The position numbers and the translations under genes were made by a program. Shown piece after piece: positions 1 through 15,899 of a DNA stretch of 64,000 bases. Every line of letters begins with the position of its first letter. The first letter of the stretch is position 1. The stretch comes from the human T2T-CHM13v2.0 reference genome, Homo sapiens: NCBI RefSeq assembly GCF_009914755.1, contig NC_060931.1, one strand, 5' to 3'. Below the pieces are notes generated by a model. It saw only the letters and a list, made by a program, of their open reading frames with translations. It was not told where the DNA came from and searched no databases.

Positions 1-273
1 CATTCTGAGCAAACTATTGCAAGGACAGAAAATCAAACACTGCATGTTCTCACTCATAGGTGGGAATTGAACAATGAGAACACTTGGACATAGGGTGAGG
101 AACGTCACACACCAGGGCCTGTCATGGTGTTGGGGGAGGGATAGCATCAGGAGATACACTTAATGTAAATGACGAGTTAATAGGTCCAGCACACCAACAT
201 GGCACATGTATACAAATGTAATACACCTGCACATTGTGCACATGTACCCTAGAATTTAAAGTATAATAAAAAA
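1..273 (+). mobile_element. L1PA (about PA5-6) 3' end, cut by window edge
   Basis: Typical L1 3'UTR (ctcactcataggtgggaattgaacaatgagaac...catgtaccctagaatttaaagtataataaaaaaa). Confidence 0.9.
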
Positions 274-1639
274 ATATATATAATTCTTTAGGAAATACTT
301 GCCATTTTCTTTAGGGCTTTGTAAATATTTCAATATCATTTTTTCACATTTTAATTTTTTAGCACTGTTTTTCCCAATTAGACTGTGAACTTCCAGTGAG
401 GGAGATACTGTGCCATTATTGCTGAATTAACCAAGAGGCGAAGAATGGCACATTGGATGTAAAATTTTAGGAGAAATAATCTGATTTTTAGTGTATTCCA
501 AAATAGGGAGTATTAAAATAGTTGTAAAAGGGAAAACAAGAACTTTATTGGGTGTTCTCATCCTAGTTGCATTATTTAGTGTAGTTTCTATTTTGATTTC
601 CATATCGAGACCATTACCTTTTTAATACTTTGGAACTCTAAAGGTCTTAACTAACTCTGTTCTGTGTTTCTTTTTCATTTTTGTATGAGAGTCTAGCACT
701 GTAGGGGACTGATAATGTTTGCTGGATAAATAAACTTACCATTTGGAAAAGTTTTCTGCCTAAGGCAGATCTTAGGACACGTGTGGAAACACTTAGCAAA
801 TAGAGTCTCTCTTCTTTTAACTTACTAGTAGTGCACTATCTATCTTGCCTCAATGCCATCTATCAGCAAATTCACCAACCAAGCAGCCAACCAACCGATC
901 AACAAGTATTTACTGAGCCTTTGCTGTGTACTCGGTACTACGCTAAGTACGATGATGGCCACAATACACGGTTTCATCATTAGGAACTTACAGTCTTTGA
1001 TTTTATGGTGGTGGCACTTGTAAGGCTGAATTGCATTTAAAAAAATTTCGGTACAATAGTTACTGAAACTGACTGGATATTTTGTTCCAAATACTGCTGT
1101 TTAATGTATTAGAATAACATTGCTGCATGATATGTTACCATTTTCAGTTATTCTAACTCATCAGAACAGATTATTTTTAAAGATAAGGCGTCATTATTTT
1201 ATCTATGTTGAATATCATTTATCTGATAATGGCAAAATAATGAGCCTCATCTTACCTTGTCTTTGTACCTATCCCCTTTAACCTGTCTATGACTTTTAGT
1301 TTTTTGTGCAGTACCTTTAATATTTACATAGGTATAACTGACTATAATTTTTGATAATGTAGTAATAGTTCAGGGATGGTATCCATGCTGCTGGCTTAGA
1401 GAAAGTGAGTCCCTGAAAGATCACATTGACAAATGAGGCTTTGTTTTCTTTTCAGCTGCTTCCACCTTATATCTATATGTTGTGGTCTACTTTGGCTATA
1501 ACCAGAAGATTGACTATGTGAATAAATCCATCTCTGTGCCTCTGTTTTTCTCTTAGACTAACAGGAGAATAAACTGTAAATTTGTGCATCTGAATGCTTA
1601 TCCACTGAAGGAAAGATAGCCTCATAACCTCTATTAAGT

Positions 1640-2825
1640 TTAAAAGAATCTCTCACATGACCTCTGAGGGTGTGAAATCTTATTCAGCGTCCTCAGTATC
1701 ATCGCACATATATGATCACTATCTTCCTCGAGGAATTTCTTCACTTGGCTTCCAGAATACAGAATTCTCCTAGTTCCTATCACAATGACTGTTCAGTGTG
1801 AGCAACTACACTAGCAATTGCTAGTCCCTTGTTCTGTGCCCTTTCATCTTCTTTGTTCATACTTTTAGTCCATAGATAATCTCATCCGATCCCATGGATT
1901 TCAATGTCATCTATTATGTCAGTAGCCCTCCCCTAAATAAGTATCTCCAGGCACAGTGTCTCCTGTAAACTTCAGGCTCAACTACTCAATACTAGAATAT
2001 CCATAGTCATCTCAAACTGAACGTGCATAAAACTGCTTCTCTGTGAGTCTTTCCCATCTCAGAAATTGGTACCGTTATTCAGGACAAAAACTTTACAGCC
2101 GTCTTTGATTTCTCCCTCTTTTTACTCCAATAATTCAAAAAATCTACCAGCCAATCCTGTCATGGCTACCTCCAAAATATGTATTTACTCTATGTCTCAC
2201 CTTTGCCATTGCTATTACCCTAGTTTCAGCTATAACGCTCCCTTTCTTTGGCTACTCTAATAGCTTCCTAACTGGTCGTCCTGCTTCTACTCTTGCCCCA
2301 GAGAGTCCATTGTCAATCAGAGTATTACAAACCAGAGTAACATTTTAAAAATCCAAGTTTTATTATTTTATTCCTCTGCTAAATGATTACTCATCATGTT
2401 TAGAATGAAAGCCAGAAGATGCCTTACTGTGTTCTATGAGGTCCTACATAAACAGAGGCAATCATCTCTGTAATCTCACCCTAATTCATGTTCCCTAACC
2501 AGCCTGTTGCTGTCAGGCCAAGCAAAGCATATCCTTAGGCCTCTGGAGTTTCTGTTCCCTCTGCCTAGTATGCCCTTGCCTCACACCTTTTAGGTCTCTG
2601 ATCAAATGCCCTGCCCTCACAGACATTTCTTGAGTATTCTATTCACTTATTCTGGTTTTTCTTCATTAGCACTTCTGACATAATATCCAGGAGGGATTTA
2701 TTTATTTGCATTCTCTCTCTCCCACTAAAATATTCCAAGATGCTGGGGCTTCATTTACTATGGTATGCCTTGTACCCAGAGAGTTTGGTACATACAGATA
2801 AATATTTTTTTCGGTGAATAAACTC
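1640..2825 (+). mobile_element. L2 LINE remnant
   Basis: Degenerate L2 motifs (cccatggatttcaatgtcatcta, catctcaaactgaac, tagcttcctaactggtc) ending in a tgaataaa-like tail. Confidence 0.65.
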
Positions 2826-3418
2826 AGTAGAATATAGAAGCATTTATTAGCTCACTCCCTTTTCTCCACAGCATCCTTCTCCAAAATTGAGTAACTTCTA
2901 GTGGTTTCGGAAATGCTTGCTTAAGCATCAGAGGGAAACTTACTTATACTTGCAAATAAATGCATGCTATTTGCTGAATGAATATTTAGCTTTGGAAATG
3001 AGCCAATACAGGAATTGATGCCAAACAACCCTGAACAGCTCAGTCAGCGTGGGAAAGGCTCACCTGGCAAAGCCCAGTTAGGTACGTTTACACAAGGAGT
3101 GCTTTTTTACACAGGGCAGTTGAGGAGAAGTCATGTGCTATAGCTCGCTATAGTTAAAAGCACAAAACACTATGAAACTAGGGCTACTTCCTTAATCTCT
3201 CTAAGCCTTTGTTTTCTCAACCATTAAAAAGGGCTTACAGCAAATTTCTGATGCAGAAGAATTACAAATAATTTATGTAGCTATGTAAGGTGGTGGAGTA
3301 TAACTCTAAGGTGTGAGACTGTAGGCTGCACAAAGTGACTTCCTTCCAAAGAGTACCGAAGGGAAAGGGAGGACAAAGAGCAACTTTATGGTAGATAAAC
3401 CTGACAAACACTACACTA

Positions 3419-4185
3419 GCTCATCATCACTGGCCATCAGAGAAATGCAAATCAAAACCACAATGAGATACCATCTCACACCAGTTAGAATGGCAATCAT
3501 TAAAAAGTCAGGAAACAACAGGTGCTGGAGAGGATGTGGAGAAATAGGAACACTTTTACACTGTTGGTGGGACTGCAAACTAGTTCAACCATTGTGGAAG
3601 TCAGTGTGGTGATTCCTCAGGGATCTAGAACTGGAAATACCATTTGACCCAGCCATCCCATTACTGGGTATATACCCAAAGGACTATAAATCATGCTGCT
3701 ATAAAGACACATGCACACGTATGTTTATTGCGGCATTATTCACAATAGCAAAGACTTGGAACCAACCCAAATGTCCAACAATGATAGACTGGATTAAGAA
3801 AATGTGGCACATATGCACCATGGAATACTATGCAGCCATAAAAAATGATTAGTTCATGTCCTTTGTAGGGACATGGATGAAATTGGAAATCATCATTCTC
3901 AGTAAACTGTCACAAGAACAAAAAACCAAACACCGCATATTCTCACTCATAGGTGGGAATTGAACAGTGAGATCACATGGACACAGGAAGGGGAATATCA
4001 CACTCTGGGGACTGTTGTGGGGTGGGGGGAGGGGGGAGGGGGGAGGGATAGCATTGGGAGATATACCTAATGCTAGGTGACGAGTTAGTGGGTGCAGCGC
4101 ACCAGCATGGCACATGTATACATATGTAACTAACCTGCACAATGTGCACATGTACCCTAGAACTTAAAGTATAATTAAAAAAAAA
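3419..4185 (+). mobile_element. 5'-truncated young L1 (L1PA2-like), ORF2 C-terminus plus 3'UTR
   Basis: Near-consensus ORF2 C-terminus ([50 protein letters not shown]), G-rich tract at about 4019-4048, 3'UTR 'tgacgagttagtgg' (GAG, not the ACA/ACG of L1HS), poly(A). Confidence 0.9.
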
Positions 4186-4691
4186 GAATTGTCTGGGAAA
4201 AAAAAAAGATTAACATTAACAAGCAATGTCATGTTGATAGCATATACTTTCGATATGATGTGATGAGAATGCCATTTTACATCTGTGGTCTTCCTCACAA
4301 AATTCAATAGTCTCAGTATAATCATGAGCAAAACATCAGACAAATCTCAAATTGGGGAGCATTCTACAAAATTCCTGAACAGTACTCATGGGAATTGTCA
4401 AGGTCATCAAAAACAAGAAAAGTCTAAAAAACTGTCATGGCCATGAGGAGTCTAACGAGACATGACAACTAAATGTAATGTGGTATCCTGGATGGGACCC
4501 TGGGACAGAAAAAGAACATTAAGTAAAAACTAAGGAAATCTTAATAAAGTATAGACGTTCGTTAGTTAATAATACCACATCATTGTTGGTTCATTAAGGG
4601 TAACAAATATACTAAGGTAAGATGTTAAGAAGAGAAATTGGGTGTTGGGTATATGGGAGCTCTCTGTACTGTCTTCACAATTTTTCTATAA

Positions 4692-5304
<613 letters not shown>

Positions 5305-5784
5305 TATAACGGTTTTAAAATAAAAAGTTAATTTTTAAAAAGAAGGTTTATTGGGAAGGTCAAAGTAAAATAACGTATGGCAAATTCTGAATCCTACCAC
5401 ATCTTAAAACTATTTTTTACTGGTTGCTAACTTGAAGAATGAGTCATATTTCAAATTTGTCACAGATAGAAAATTTAAGCAGTGCTCGTTACATGAAATA
5501 TGCTATTCATCATAGTAACAATGTTGCTATCTAGCAGGAAGGGTATGGCTAAATGAGATAGAAAATACCACACAATCATTAAAACTTTTAATGGCTGTAA
5601 ACATTATGGGACAACATGAAAAATGCTTATGATACAATGCTTAAAGTAGATACAAAATTATAAGCACAGTATGATTATGGCAATTACAAAATAATTGGAA
5701 AGAAGTACAAAAAAATGCTACAGGGAATATGCCAGTGGGTGTGTTATATATGGGTGATTTTTTTTGGGGTTGCCACTATTCTGT

Positions 5785-5981
5785 TTTCCAACTTTTAAGT
5801 TTAGGGGTACATGTACAAGATGTACAGGTTTGTGACATAGGTAAACTTGTGCCATGGTGATTGCTGCACAGATCATTCCATCACCCAGGTATTAAGCCCG
5901 GTATCCACTAGCTATTCTTCCTGATCCTCTCCCTCCTCTCAACCCCCACCCTCCAACAGAAACAGACCTCAGTGTGTGTTG
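5785..5981 (-). mobile_element. Older L1PA 3' end fragment
   Basis: ggggtacatgtacaagatgtacaggtttg...gtaaacttgtgccatgg...ctgatcctctccctcc is the reverse of an L1 3'UTR. Confidence 0.8.
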
Positions 5982-6149
5982 GATTCGTCTTATTCTTTTT
6001 GTTTTCTTCTTTTGTGGGTATTGTATTTAAAATGGCAAAAATTAATTTAATACAATTAAGAAGTATATAAAAACATCAATCAAAAAAGTATGGAAACTGC
6101 ATTTCAGCATACTAATCACAAAACGAGTAAAATTTTTCTTTTTCATCAT

Positions 6150-6605
6150 GGAATTTTTGGGGTTCTGGGTGAAATTCAAGGGGTTTGTGAACTTGGATGA
6201 GAAAAAATTACATCTTGATTTTCAGTGAATTCTAACATAAATATTTGCCACTGACAACAGTAGTATAAGCAGAACCTGTGACTTTGTTATCCACAAAAAT
6301 CACAGACATTTTTATATTATAGTTCTTGCAGATATCTCAAAGTAACTTTTATGTTAATTACTATATTACAACAGCTATTACACTTGCTGCTGGGTCTTAG
6401 CATTTAATAATTTAATGAAGAATCGAAAATGTTACTATATCACAAATTTGTGTTTTAAAAATATGTGGTTAACTACATATCAGTGTAATTGTTTTTCTAT
6501 GTAATCCTCTGATTTTATGCATTTAAAAGCATTATTCTGAGAAGGGGCAACAGGCTTCACCAGACTGCCAAAGACAATCATGACTGAAATAGTTTAGGAT
6601 TGCTG
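6150..6605. mobile_element. hAT-Charlie-like DNA transposon remnant
   Basis: attattctgagaagggg...caggcttcaccagactgccaaag end motif recalled from Charlie-family MERs. Confidence 0.5.
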
Positions 6606-7974
6606 ATTGAAAGAAGTCTGAAAGCACCACCATAAACAACGTGAAATTTCATATTGCACTTATCCATGAATTTTCATATAAGTAAAACAGCTTAGTGGAC
6701 ATCCTTAACAGCCCACGGTGGCAATAGGTAATTAATATCAAGCCCATTCACAGATAGAAATCAATACCGATTAAAGGCACTCAAAATGGGGAAGAAAGTT
6801 GATATGCGTAAGTTAATTTCTCTACTTTCCAAATTAAAAATATGGTGCCTAATGAGCTGTGACTTAGTGTCAAGGAAAGAACTGATTCCCCAGGGAACAT
6901 GGCAGAAATATTTTACATGGAAATCCTATAAATCTGAGTGCTACTACATTATAAACATTCTATGTTGCTATGTATTTGCAGGTTTTCTTTACTTAAAACG
7001 TATCTAAAAGTTCCTTGGAAAGGAATAACAAAATTTGACTTCCTGCTTTTTGAAATAGGCTTTCACCTGATCTCAATTGGGAGGCGTGCTTATTACAAAT
7101 TATCAAAGAGGATGGTAGCCAAAACATATTGAGTCTGGCACTGTACTAAGCACTTTGTATTAATTGTCACAGTAACCCTGTAATGTAGGAATTAATGTTA
7201 AATCCATTTTAAGATGAACAAAGTGAGGTGTAAGAAGACATTATACAATGAGTGGTGGAACTAGGGGTCAAACCCAATCACTGTCATTCCAGGGACCAAG
7301 CATTTAATGACCATGTCATGCTTCCATGGGTGCTAATTTAGAACAAACATCCCTAGACTATGGAATGGTTTTGGCTTCTACAGCTTTAAGATGCCAGACA
7401 TAAAAGCACTACATGAGAAAAATCTGGAGCTAGTGACCCGGAGTCAGAAAAGAAGCCAATGCAAGAAATATAAAACTTTCAAGAAAGATCAGTAAATTTC
7501 AGAAAAAAAACCCTTCCATATCACAGTTACATCCCCAACAAAATGTCTCTGACACAAACGCTCTTAAGACACTTGGAGTACAAACATGTTCCCCAGAGGA
7601 ACAATGTGCTGTGAATCCATCAAGTATTTGGTGGAACCAGGCATGCGAGACTCAGGCGACACAAGAACCACTTAAAGACTTACAGTGCACGATGATTTCT
7701 CTAATGCTTTCCCTTTGGAATGCAGGAAATTTCTGCCCCAGACATAATTTGAAATGATTCACATGAAACATATCCTTCACACTTCAGTCTGGTTTTTGTC
7801 TGTCTCTTTGTTTCTTATTCATTCTCATATTTGACTGATGATTGGAAACTTTTCTTTTTTTGTTTTGTCCTCTGAAGTCTTATGCTAGCTTCCTGGCATT
7901 TGCATCCAATACCAATCTCAGCAGCTTTGTACTACATTCAAAAATTGCAATTCATTTTTCTATGCTTGTACATA

Positions 7975-8225
7975 TAGAGTATGTGCTTAAGATCAGGGGT
8001 TCCAGAGCCAGACTATGTGAATTCCAGTCATGGCCTCATTGTTCTCAGGCTGAGTGACTTTCAGTAAGTTATTCAAACCTCTTGTTCCTCAGCCTCCCAA
8101 TCTATAAAATGGGGGTGATAACAGCATGCCTATTGAAAGGGTTATCATGAGGACTAAATGATCTAATGCACGTAGAGCCCTGAGCACAGGGTCTGGCACA
8201 TAGAGTGCTAGCCAAATGTTAGTGA
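7975..8225 (+). mobile_element. MIR
   Basis: MIR core: cctcagcctcccaatctataaaatgggggtgataacag...gggttatcatgaggactaaatga. Confidence 0.8.
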
Positions 8226-8900
8226 TTATTACATTTACTAGACTGTAAACCCCATCAGGGAGAACATTTATATTTTGATCATTATTGTATTTATAGCATA
8301 AAATTAGTGCCTGAAACAAAGTAGAAGCTCAATAAGTTATTGAATTACATTAAATATTAAATGACTTAGCTATTTCTTCCTATTTGTACCATTTCAAATT
8401 CCTTTCACATTCTTATTCAGTCATATGCCAAACTCAGTAGACTATGGAAAAGTTCCATATAAATGCCTTGGTCCCATCTTTACAATAGAGAAAAAAAATT
8501 CAAAGAGCAGTTTTTAATGCTTAATTTCATCCCCAAACATCTAGGGAATATAACGTGGTCACCGGGTCTGTCAGTGTGGTGAATATTTCAAATTTGGATC
8601 TCAATCTGGTGGGCAGGTGACCTAAAACATACTTTATATAGAACAGGTCCCATCTGAGATCAAGTTGTAGTTGAAATATGACCTTTAATTTCACTCTCTG
8701 CTTTCTCTATTCTGCTTCTGTGTTTCACAAACCACCTGGTTTACTTTATTACAAACGAATATAAACAGCTTCATCTGGGATCTTATGGCTGCCATCCATC
8801 CATCCACTCCCATTTATTGAGTGCCTAATACATTTCAGGCACTGCCCCTGGTGCTGAGGCCCTAGACATGAAAGGCAAAAGGCCCTTTAAGGAACTCAGT

Positions 8901-9089
8901 GATATCGAATAGGCATTTAAAATTTTATCATCTCTAAAACTCTTAATTCCTACTTCCCCATTCCCCACCAAGCTATTCCTTTCATAGTCTTCCCCAATTC
9001 AGCTGATGGCAACGTCATTACACAGTTGTTCTGCCTTAAATTCTTACTTTCCTCTTTGAAATCTCCCTCTTAGCACATCCATCTATTCC
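8901..9089 (+). repeat. 189-bp dispersed duplicate of 10084-10272
   Basis: Ungapped manual alignment, 178/189 identical. Confidence 0.95.
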
Positions 9090-9265
9090 TTCAGGAACCA
9101 AGTGGGATATGAACAGGTAAAGAGGCAATCCTAAGTATGTGATGGAAGCTATGGCAAGATAGAAACAACCCTAACTCAAACCAGGAGGCAGGGAGGGGAA
9201 AGATTTATTGGCAGAAGTGATATTTGAACTGAGTTTTGAAGAATGAATAGGGCTTGGCCTTGCTA

Positions 9266-9758
<493 letters not shown>

Positions 9759-9934
9759 TCACTTGTAAAGCACTGTGCAGTCAGCATCCTCTCCTATTAC
9801 CTTTAGTCTTCGTTCACTTTCCTTTTTCAAGCCCAACTTAGATTTTCAATCTTCACTCCCACAATTTTCCAGTCACTATATAAGTGCTTGGTAAATGGGA
9901 ATGCACTATGCAAATGTTAGGGGTTTATTCTAAT

Positions 9935-11310
9935 TAACACTAATTCCCTTGGTGATCTCATCTACTCCCATGGTTTTAAATACCATCTATACACTGATGA
10001 GTTCCAGACTTATATTTCTAGCTTTGACCTTTCTCTCACAATTCAGACTAAAAATCTCGCTGCCTACTCACTATCTTCACTTAGATATTGAATAGGCATT
10101 TAAAATTTTATCATCTCCAAAACTCTTAATTCCTACTCCCCCACTCCCCACCAAGCTATTCCTTTCATAGTCTTTCCCAATTCAGTTGATGGCAATGTCA
10201 TTATACAGTTGTTCTGCCTTAAATTCTTACTTTCCTCCCTGAAATCTCCTTCTTAGCACATCCATCTATTCCATTAGCAAATATTGTCAATTTTACCTTC
10301 AAAAACTATCCTGACTCTTACACTTTCATTGCTCTCATACCAATCTAAAGTACTTGGACTATTGCCTTCCTTTCTGTTTCTGTTCTCCTGCAGTGCATCC
10401 TACAACTCCACAGCTTTCCAGCTCACTCAGAATAAAGTCCACATCCTTAACAGGGCTCATGCTATCTTTCTGACATAATCTCCTATCACTCTCCTTAGCT
10501 CTTGCCACTCCAGCCAAGGATGCTCCTACCTTTTCCTCTCCTGTTCTCTCTGCCTGGAAAGCTCTTTCCTCTGATAGTTGTGTGGCTTGCTCTTTCCTTT
10601 TACTTAGGTTTTTATTCAGATGTTACCTGTTTAGAAAGACCTTTCCCAGTCTCCCTGGAAAAGAGCAACACATGATTTGCTTAATCACCTTAACCCTACT
10701 TTCATTTTTGTCTTATTTCTTCATAGCACCAATATTTCTTGAATGTTCTAGGTACTGTCCTGATGCTGAGAATATAGCAGTAAACAAAATAGGCAAACAT
10801 CCCTTTGTTTCATGGTGCTTACTTTCCACTTGAGAAAGAAACAATAAGCAAACAAATTAAATAGCATGCCAGATGATAGTAGCTCCTGTGGTGAAAAATC
10901 AAAGCCAGGAAGGGGGATAAGACGTATTGGGGGAAGAGTAGTGGTTGCTACTTTAATAATGAAAGCTTCCCTGATAGGAGGCTATTTGAACAGAGATCTT
11001 AAAGAGTGAGGAAAGTGAGCCTCGTGAATATCTCAAAAAGTATCTCAGGTGGAGGGAACAAGTGCAAAGGCCTGTGGCAAGGTCATGTTTGATGGTTCCA
11101 AGAGCAGTCAGGAGACCAGTGTGTGTGGAATGGAGTAGCACTTCTACCACCTGCCATTATATTATAGATTGATTTGGTTTTTATTGCTGACATCTTTACA
11201 CCAGAATGTTGGCTGCATAAGGGCAGTGTCTTTTTTATTTCTTTTGAAAACAAGAACAACTTTATCCTGAGAATTCAGAACTGAGCCTTGTTCTAGTGGG
11301 GACTCAATGA
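9935..11310 (+). mobile_element. L2 remnant with a nested opposite-orientation L2 piece (about 10735-11135)
   Basis: cccatggttttaaataccatctatacactgatga, gcctactcactatcttcacttagatatt, ctctgcctggaaagctctt motifs. Confidence 0.7.
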
Positions 11311-14300
11311 ATTGTCATGCACTATAGACAGACTTCACTATTCGGAACCCCTTAACATGCCCCACGTGTTTTGCCTTTCTTGTCTGATTTTCTCCATCTG
11401 GAATGCAGCTCTGTCTTTCAAAAAGCCTACCCTTCAGGACACTCCAATGCTACTGCTTTAATGAAACCTCGCTTGGTTGGCTCTCAGCTAAATGTCATTT
11501 GTGCCCCCTTTGTATGGAGATAACTCTGTACTGTCGTTGCTGCTCAACCAAAAGCTCCGTGAGACAGCGAGCGTGTCTACTTGCCTCCTCAGGGTAGAGT
11601 GCCAGTGTAGCCTGGTGCCTAATCATATGTGCCAGGTGCTCAGTAAATAATGAAATAAATGACTATCTGTTTAAGGCAATGAGTTGCTTTAAGATTTACC
11701 ATACTCAATACAGATTGCTACTGTGTTCTATGGTAATATGCAAAGTAACTCAAGATCCTTAGAAGTTGGTCACCATCTCAGAATTTGAAACCCCTTATCC
11801 AACTAGCAGTGTAACCATGAGCTCCAACCTCCTATGCAAGGGGGACTCAGGAATCCTCTAGAAGGGCAACTCCCTTTGCATTCTCCAAGGAACTGTATAC
11901 ATGAAAGAGCCTGTTCCTTTTCTTTCCAATTCAGCCATGGATTTTTCTCTATCTTTAAGCATACCTGATTGGTAATATAGTCTTTTCAAAACTAAGACAA
12001 TTATGAGCTTTAGTTTAAAACATTGTTTTAAATCCACAATACATTTCTAGTCATTTATAAATAAATGTCATATCAAGGAGGAAAAAATACTTGCTGGTAA
12101 CAAATAATGTGGCATAATTTTTGCTGAACACCCTTCACCTTAAATAACTTGGCCTTTCAGAGAACTCACATTTGTTCAAATTAGGAAGGAAAAAATTCAC
12201 ATTTTGGACAAATTGAATCAGAAAATATGAAAATACCCATTGCAAGTCGTTGTTGTGGTAACAAAGAGAAGACCACCTGTGTTTGTTGAACTGAGCTGAA
12301 GTGGATGTGCTAATGTAGTTTCACTTCATTGTTATCAAAGACTTGAAAGGCTTCTTCTTAGTTAATTGAAAGGCTAATTGGCAGGTCTTTTTAAGGACGA
12401 GCTAATCTAAGTTGGATTTTCTTTTATTTTCTCATCCAACCCCTTGTCTCCCTCTAGTCATCAGTTATGTGAGTGATGAACTCAAGCAAAGCATGTCAGA
12501 TGGTATAAAATGGGTTATATGATGTACTTTTCCTAGAGGGTGGCATCTAAAATAACAGCACTTCGATAAGTTATTGTTCATTCATTCAATTTAAATCCAT
12601 TTTAACTTGGCTATCACTTCACTAGTTGACACTGGTTTGTTGTCCACATTCCAACTATGTGCATAAAATAAAGTGCTATCTAGAGTGTTCTTGCCTTTGA
12701 AACTGTCATCAAGTCATTTAAATAAAAGACAAGCTGCCAGATATTAATGAAGCTTATTAGTAAAATGCTATGATGCAGAAGATCCCCCAGGACATAAAAT
12801 TATGGTTTTATGCACTAATTTCAGCACCAAATGACTGTATTCTTCTTTTGCTGAAATAGTAAATGATGCTCTAAATGTTGGAAGTTCTGGGAAAGTGGAG
12901 TGGGCTATCATTTGACACATTTCACATGTTCTCAATGGCCATTTCTATCCTGAATTAATTAACATCTGAGTCCTGAAAGTCATTGGTATGGTTTTAAGAA
13001 TAATGTTTATGCAATGTCAGCAGATTAAAAGCTAGTGCAAGTAACTTACAAATGAGAAATTTCTGAATACTTTGATCAAAGAGTTTTAAATCCTATTTAA
13101 AATAGTCAAGTGAACAGAGAGACGCATATGTCCAATTCAGGTTTAAACATGTTAAACCATCATTGCCATTATTTCCAGAGCACAAAATATACCCTGGAAA
13201 ATTAAATTTTGTTTCATTTTCATAATTTCTGTAATCATTAGTCAACGTAAGTTGAACTATCGGAATATTAATCCCATACTAAAGAAAAGAAGAGAGCATT
13301 GACACATACATGTCATAAATTCGTCTTTGTCAGTTCTATAATTTTAGACGACTTCATGCCCAAAGGACAACTTTTGTAATACAAAAGGTAATTTTATTTA
13401 CCCTTGTAAAAGTATTTTACATATTTTCACTCCTATTACTGCTATACAAGTTGTTAATTATGCAGTTAATTATTAGAACAATTAAAAACTTGTTACTGAC
13501 CTTTTGGCTAATGAATTTAAATAGGTGCAGATACTTTGTGGTACAAAAGTACAAATATTTTTACTGTTCTCTGGATACTATGTCTTTGCCAGGTAGTGAT
13601 AGTGTGGCTTATAAGGCTTAATTATATAGATTGCCTATTGTGAAACTCATATTATATTAGATGTGGTTTTACATATGAAATATGCATGCAGCTTCCCTGT
13701 GTACCTAGAGAGCTTATACTACAGTGTTGTAACAGAAAGAACATTACCAGATAACAAAACATGAAGCAGTAATATTGCCCCAGATGAGGTCAGGAAGGTA
13801 ACAGAGCAAGTTTAGGCAGCAATAATTAGAGAGAAATTTCATTTCAGACATAGGATTTGAGGTAGACCTTAATGAATCTAAGCATAGAGGAGGAGAAAAT
13901 GCCTTTCCAGACTGGCTAAGAGTTGATAACCTAAGTGCTGAGTATGTGGGAATTAATTGTACTATTTTCTCTACTTCTATATATGATTAAAATTTTCCAG
14001 AATAAAAACTTCTAAAAAATCGTTTCAGGAATGACTAGAATGAGCAAAGATGAGAGGAGTCTTTGAAAAGAGGGGCCCTCATTATTTCACCTACCTGCCC
14101 AAGCAAGGTGCTAGAGGCAGCTAGGTGAAATAATAAGGGACAATTCAAATGGGGTCAGATTTTGAGAGGCATTGGATAAGAGAATTAAAGACTTAAATTC
14201 CAGTTAGGTCATTGGGAATCAATTTGCTGAATCAAAGAGAACCAAGCTCACTTTAAATAATGGGCAATGAATTTCTAATACTCAGCATTTTCCCCTACCC

Positions 14301-15156
14301 TGTTGATGGTGAAATTCACTGTCAATGTTATTCAGTGCCAGTGCCATTCTAATGGGGGATGTGATATAGGAGAGCTTCCTTGTTGCTGCTAAAACTTCTT
14401 TGAGAAGACAGCATCTGGGTTGAGTCTCTGTGATTTAGGTAGGTGGTTCTCAGCCTGTCTGGACACTCTGAGGCCACCTTGAAATGGTCAGACTCAGTGA
14501 TACTCAGACACTAGGAAGAGAGACCAATGTACAACAAGACTGTCAGCTTAGTCATTCGGAGTGGGGTATCCCCTTTTCTGTTCTATTTCTGCATACTGAA
14601 GTGTTTGGAAGAACAAATTAAAAGGCTTCTTATTTAGTAGGGGCTTAGAGCAAGAGAATACATATAATCTTTAAGGAGAAGGCATCTAGGCCAGGGTGAG
14701 GTCCGACCCATCTTTTTTTTTTTCTTTTTTTTTCTGGAAAGGGATGGAGGCACAGTAGTCTGCTTCTCTACACCCCATTTTCTTTGCCTACCATTTTTCT
14801 TCTGTATTACTCCCTTCCTTTTCAGGTGTTCCATTACTATATTCACACTGAAGTCCACGAGAATCTCAGAGACAGGTAGGTAGCAACCTCCTTAGGTCTA
14901 TACTTGAAGTCCCTTTGTAAGTCAATATTCAGCTGAGTTAGGCATCAGTCACTTAGGAAACTGCTTCAGGTTTTCATCATATTATGTGCTGTTATTTTAG
15001 TATACTTATACTATGGGGCTTAGAATTATCAGATAGACATAATACATAGTTTATCTGGTAATTCACTCATTCACTCAAAATTCATTAACAGTACACTACG
15101 TGTAACGTATTACTATACAATTTTTCAAATGTAGTAAGTTGTTTAAAATGATTATT

Positions 15157-15870
15157 CAAAATCACAATGAGATATCATCTCACACTAATCAGAATGACTA
15201 TTATTAAAAAGGAAAAAAAATAACAGATGCTGGTGAGGCTGTGGAGAAAAGGGAATACTTACACACTGTTGGTGGGAATGTAAATTAGTTCAGCTACCAT
15301 GGAAGGCATTTTGGAGATGTCTCAAATAACTTAAAACAGAGCTACTATTTGACCCCGCAATCCCATTACTGGGTACATGCCCAAAGGAAAATAAATCGCT
15401 CTACCAAAAAGACACATGCATTTGGATGTTCACTGTGGCACTATTCACAATAGCGAAGACAAGGAATCAACCTAGATGCCCATCAACAGTGGTTTGGATA
15501 AAGAAAATATGATACATATACACCACGGAATACTATGCAGCCATAAAAAAGAATTACATAATTTCCTTTGCAGCAACATAGATGTAGCTAGAGGGCATTA
15601 TCCTAAGTGAACTAAGGCAGGAATAGAAAATCAAATACCGTATGTTCTCACTTATAAGTGGCAGCTAAGCATTGGGTATACATGGACGCAAAGAGGGGAA
15701 CAATAGATACTGGGGACTACTGGAGGGAAAGGACTGAAAACTAGCATAGTGGGTACTATGCTCACTACTTGGGTGAAGGAATCATTTATACCCCAAACGT
15801 CAGTGTCACACAATATACCAATGTAACAAACCTATATGTGTATCCCCTGAAACTAAAATAAAAAAAAATA
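15157..15870 (+). mobile_element. L1PB-like 3' fragment
   Basis: Decayed ORF2 C-terminus and 3'UTR; candidate TSD aaaat(g/a)attatt on both sides. Confidence 0.85.
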
Positions 15871-15899
15871 GATTTTAAAAAATAATTATTGAGGTCTTT

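Noticed and set aside
730-1262. Isolated strong minus-strand donors (ATG|GTAAGT near 739, AAG|GTAAGA near 1255)
   Set aside because: No convincing paired acceptor or MAGI2-like coding sequence; the next canonical exon (DVIVYINEV...) is not in the window.
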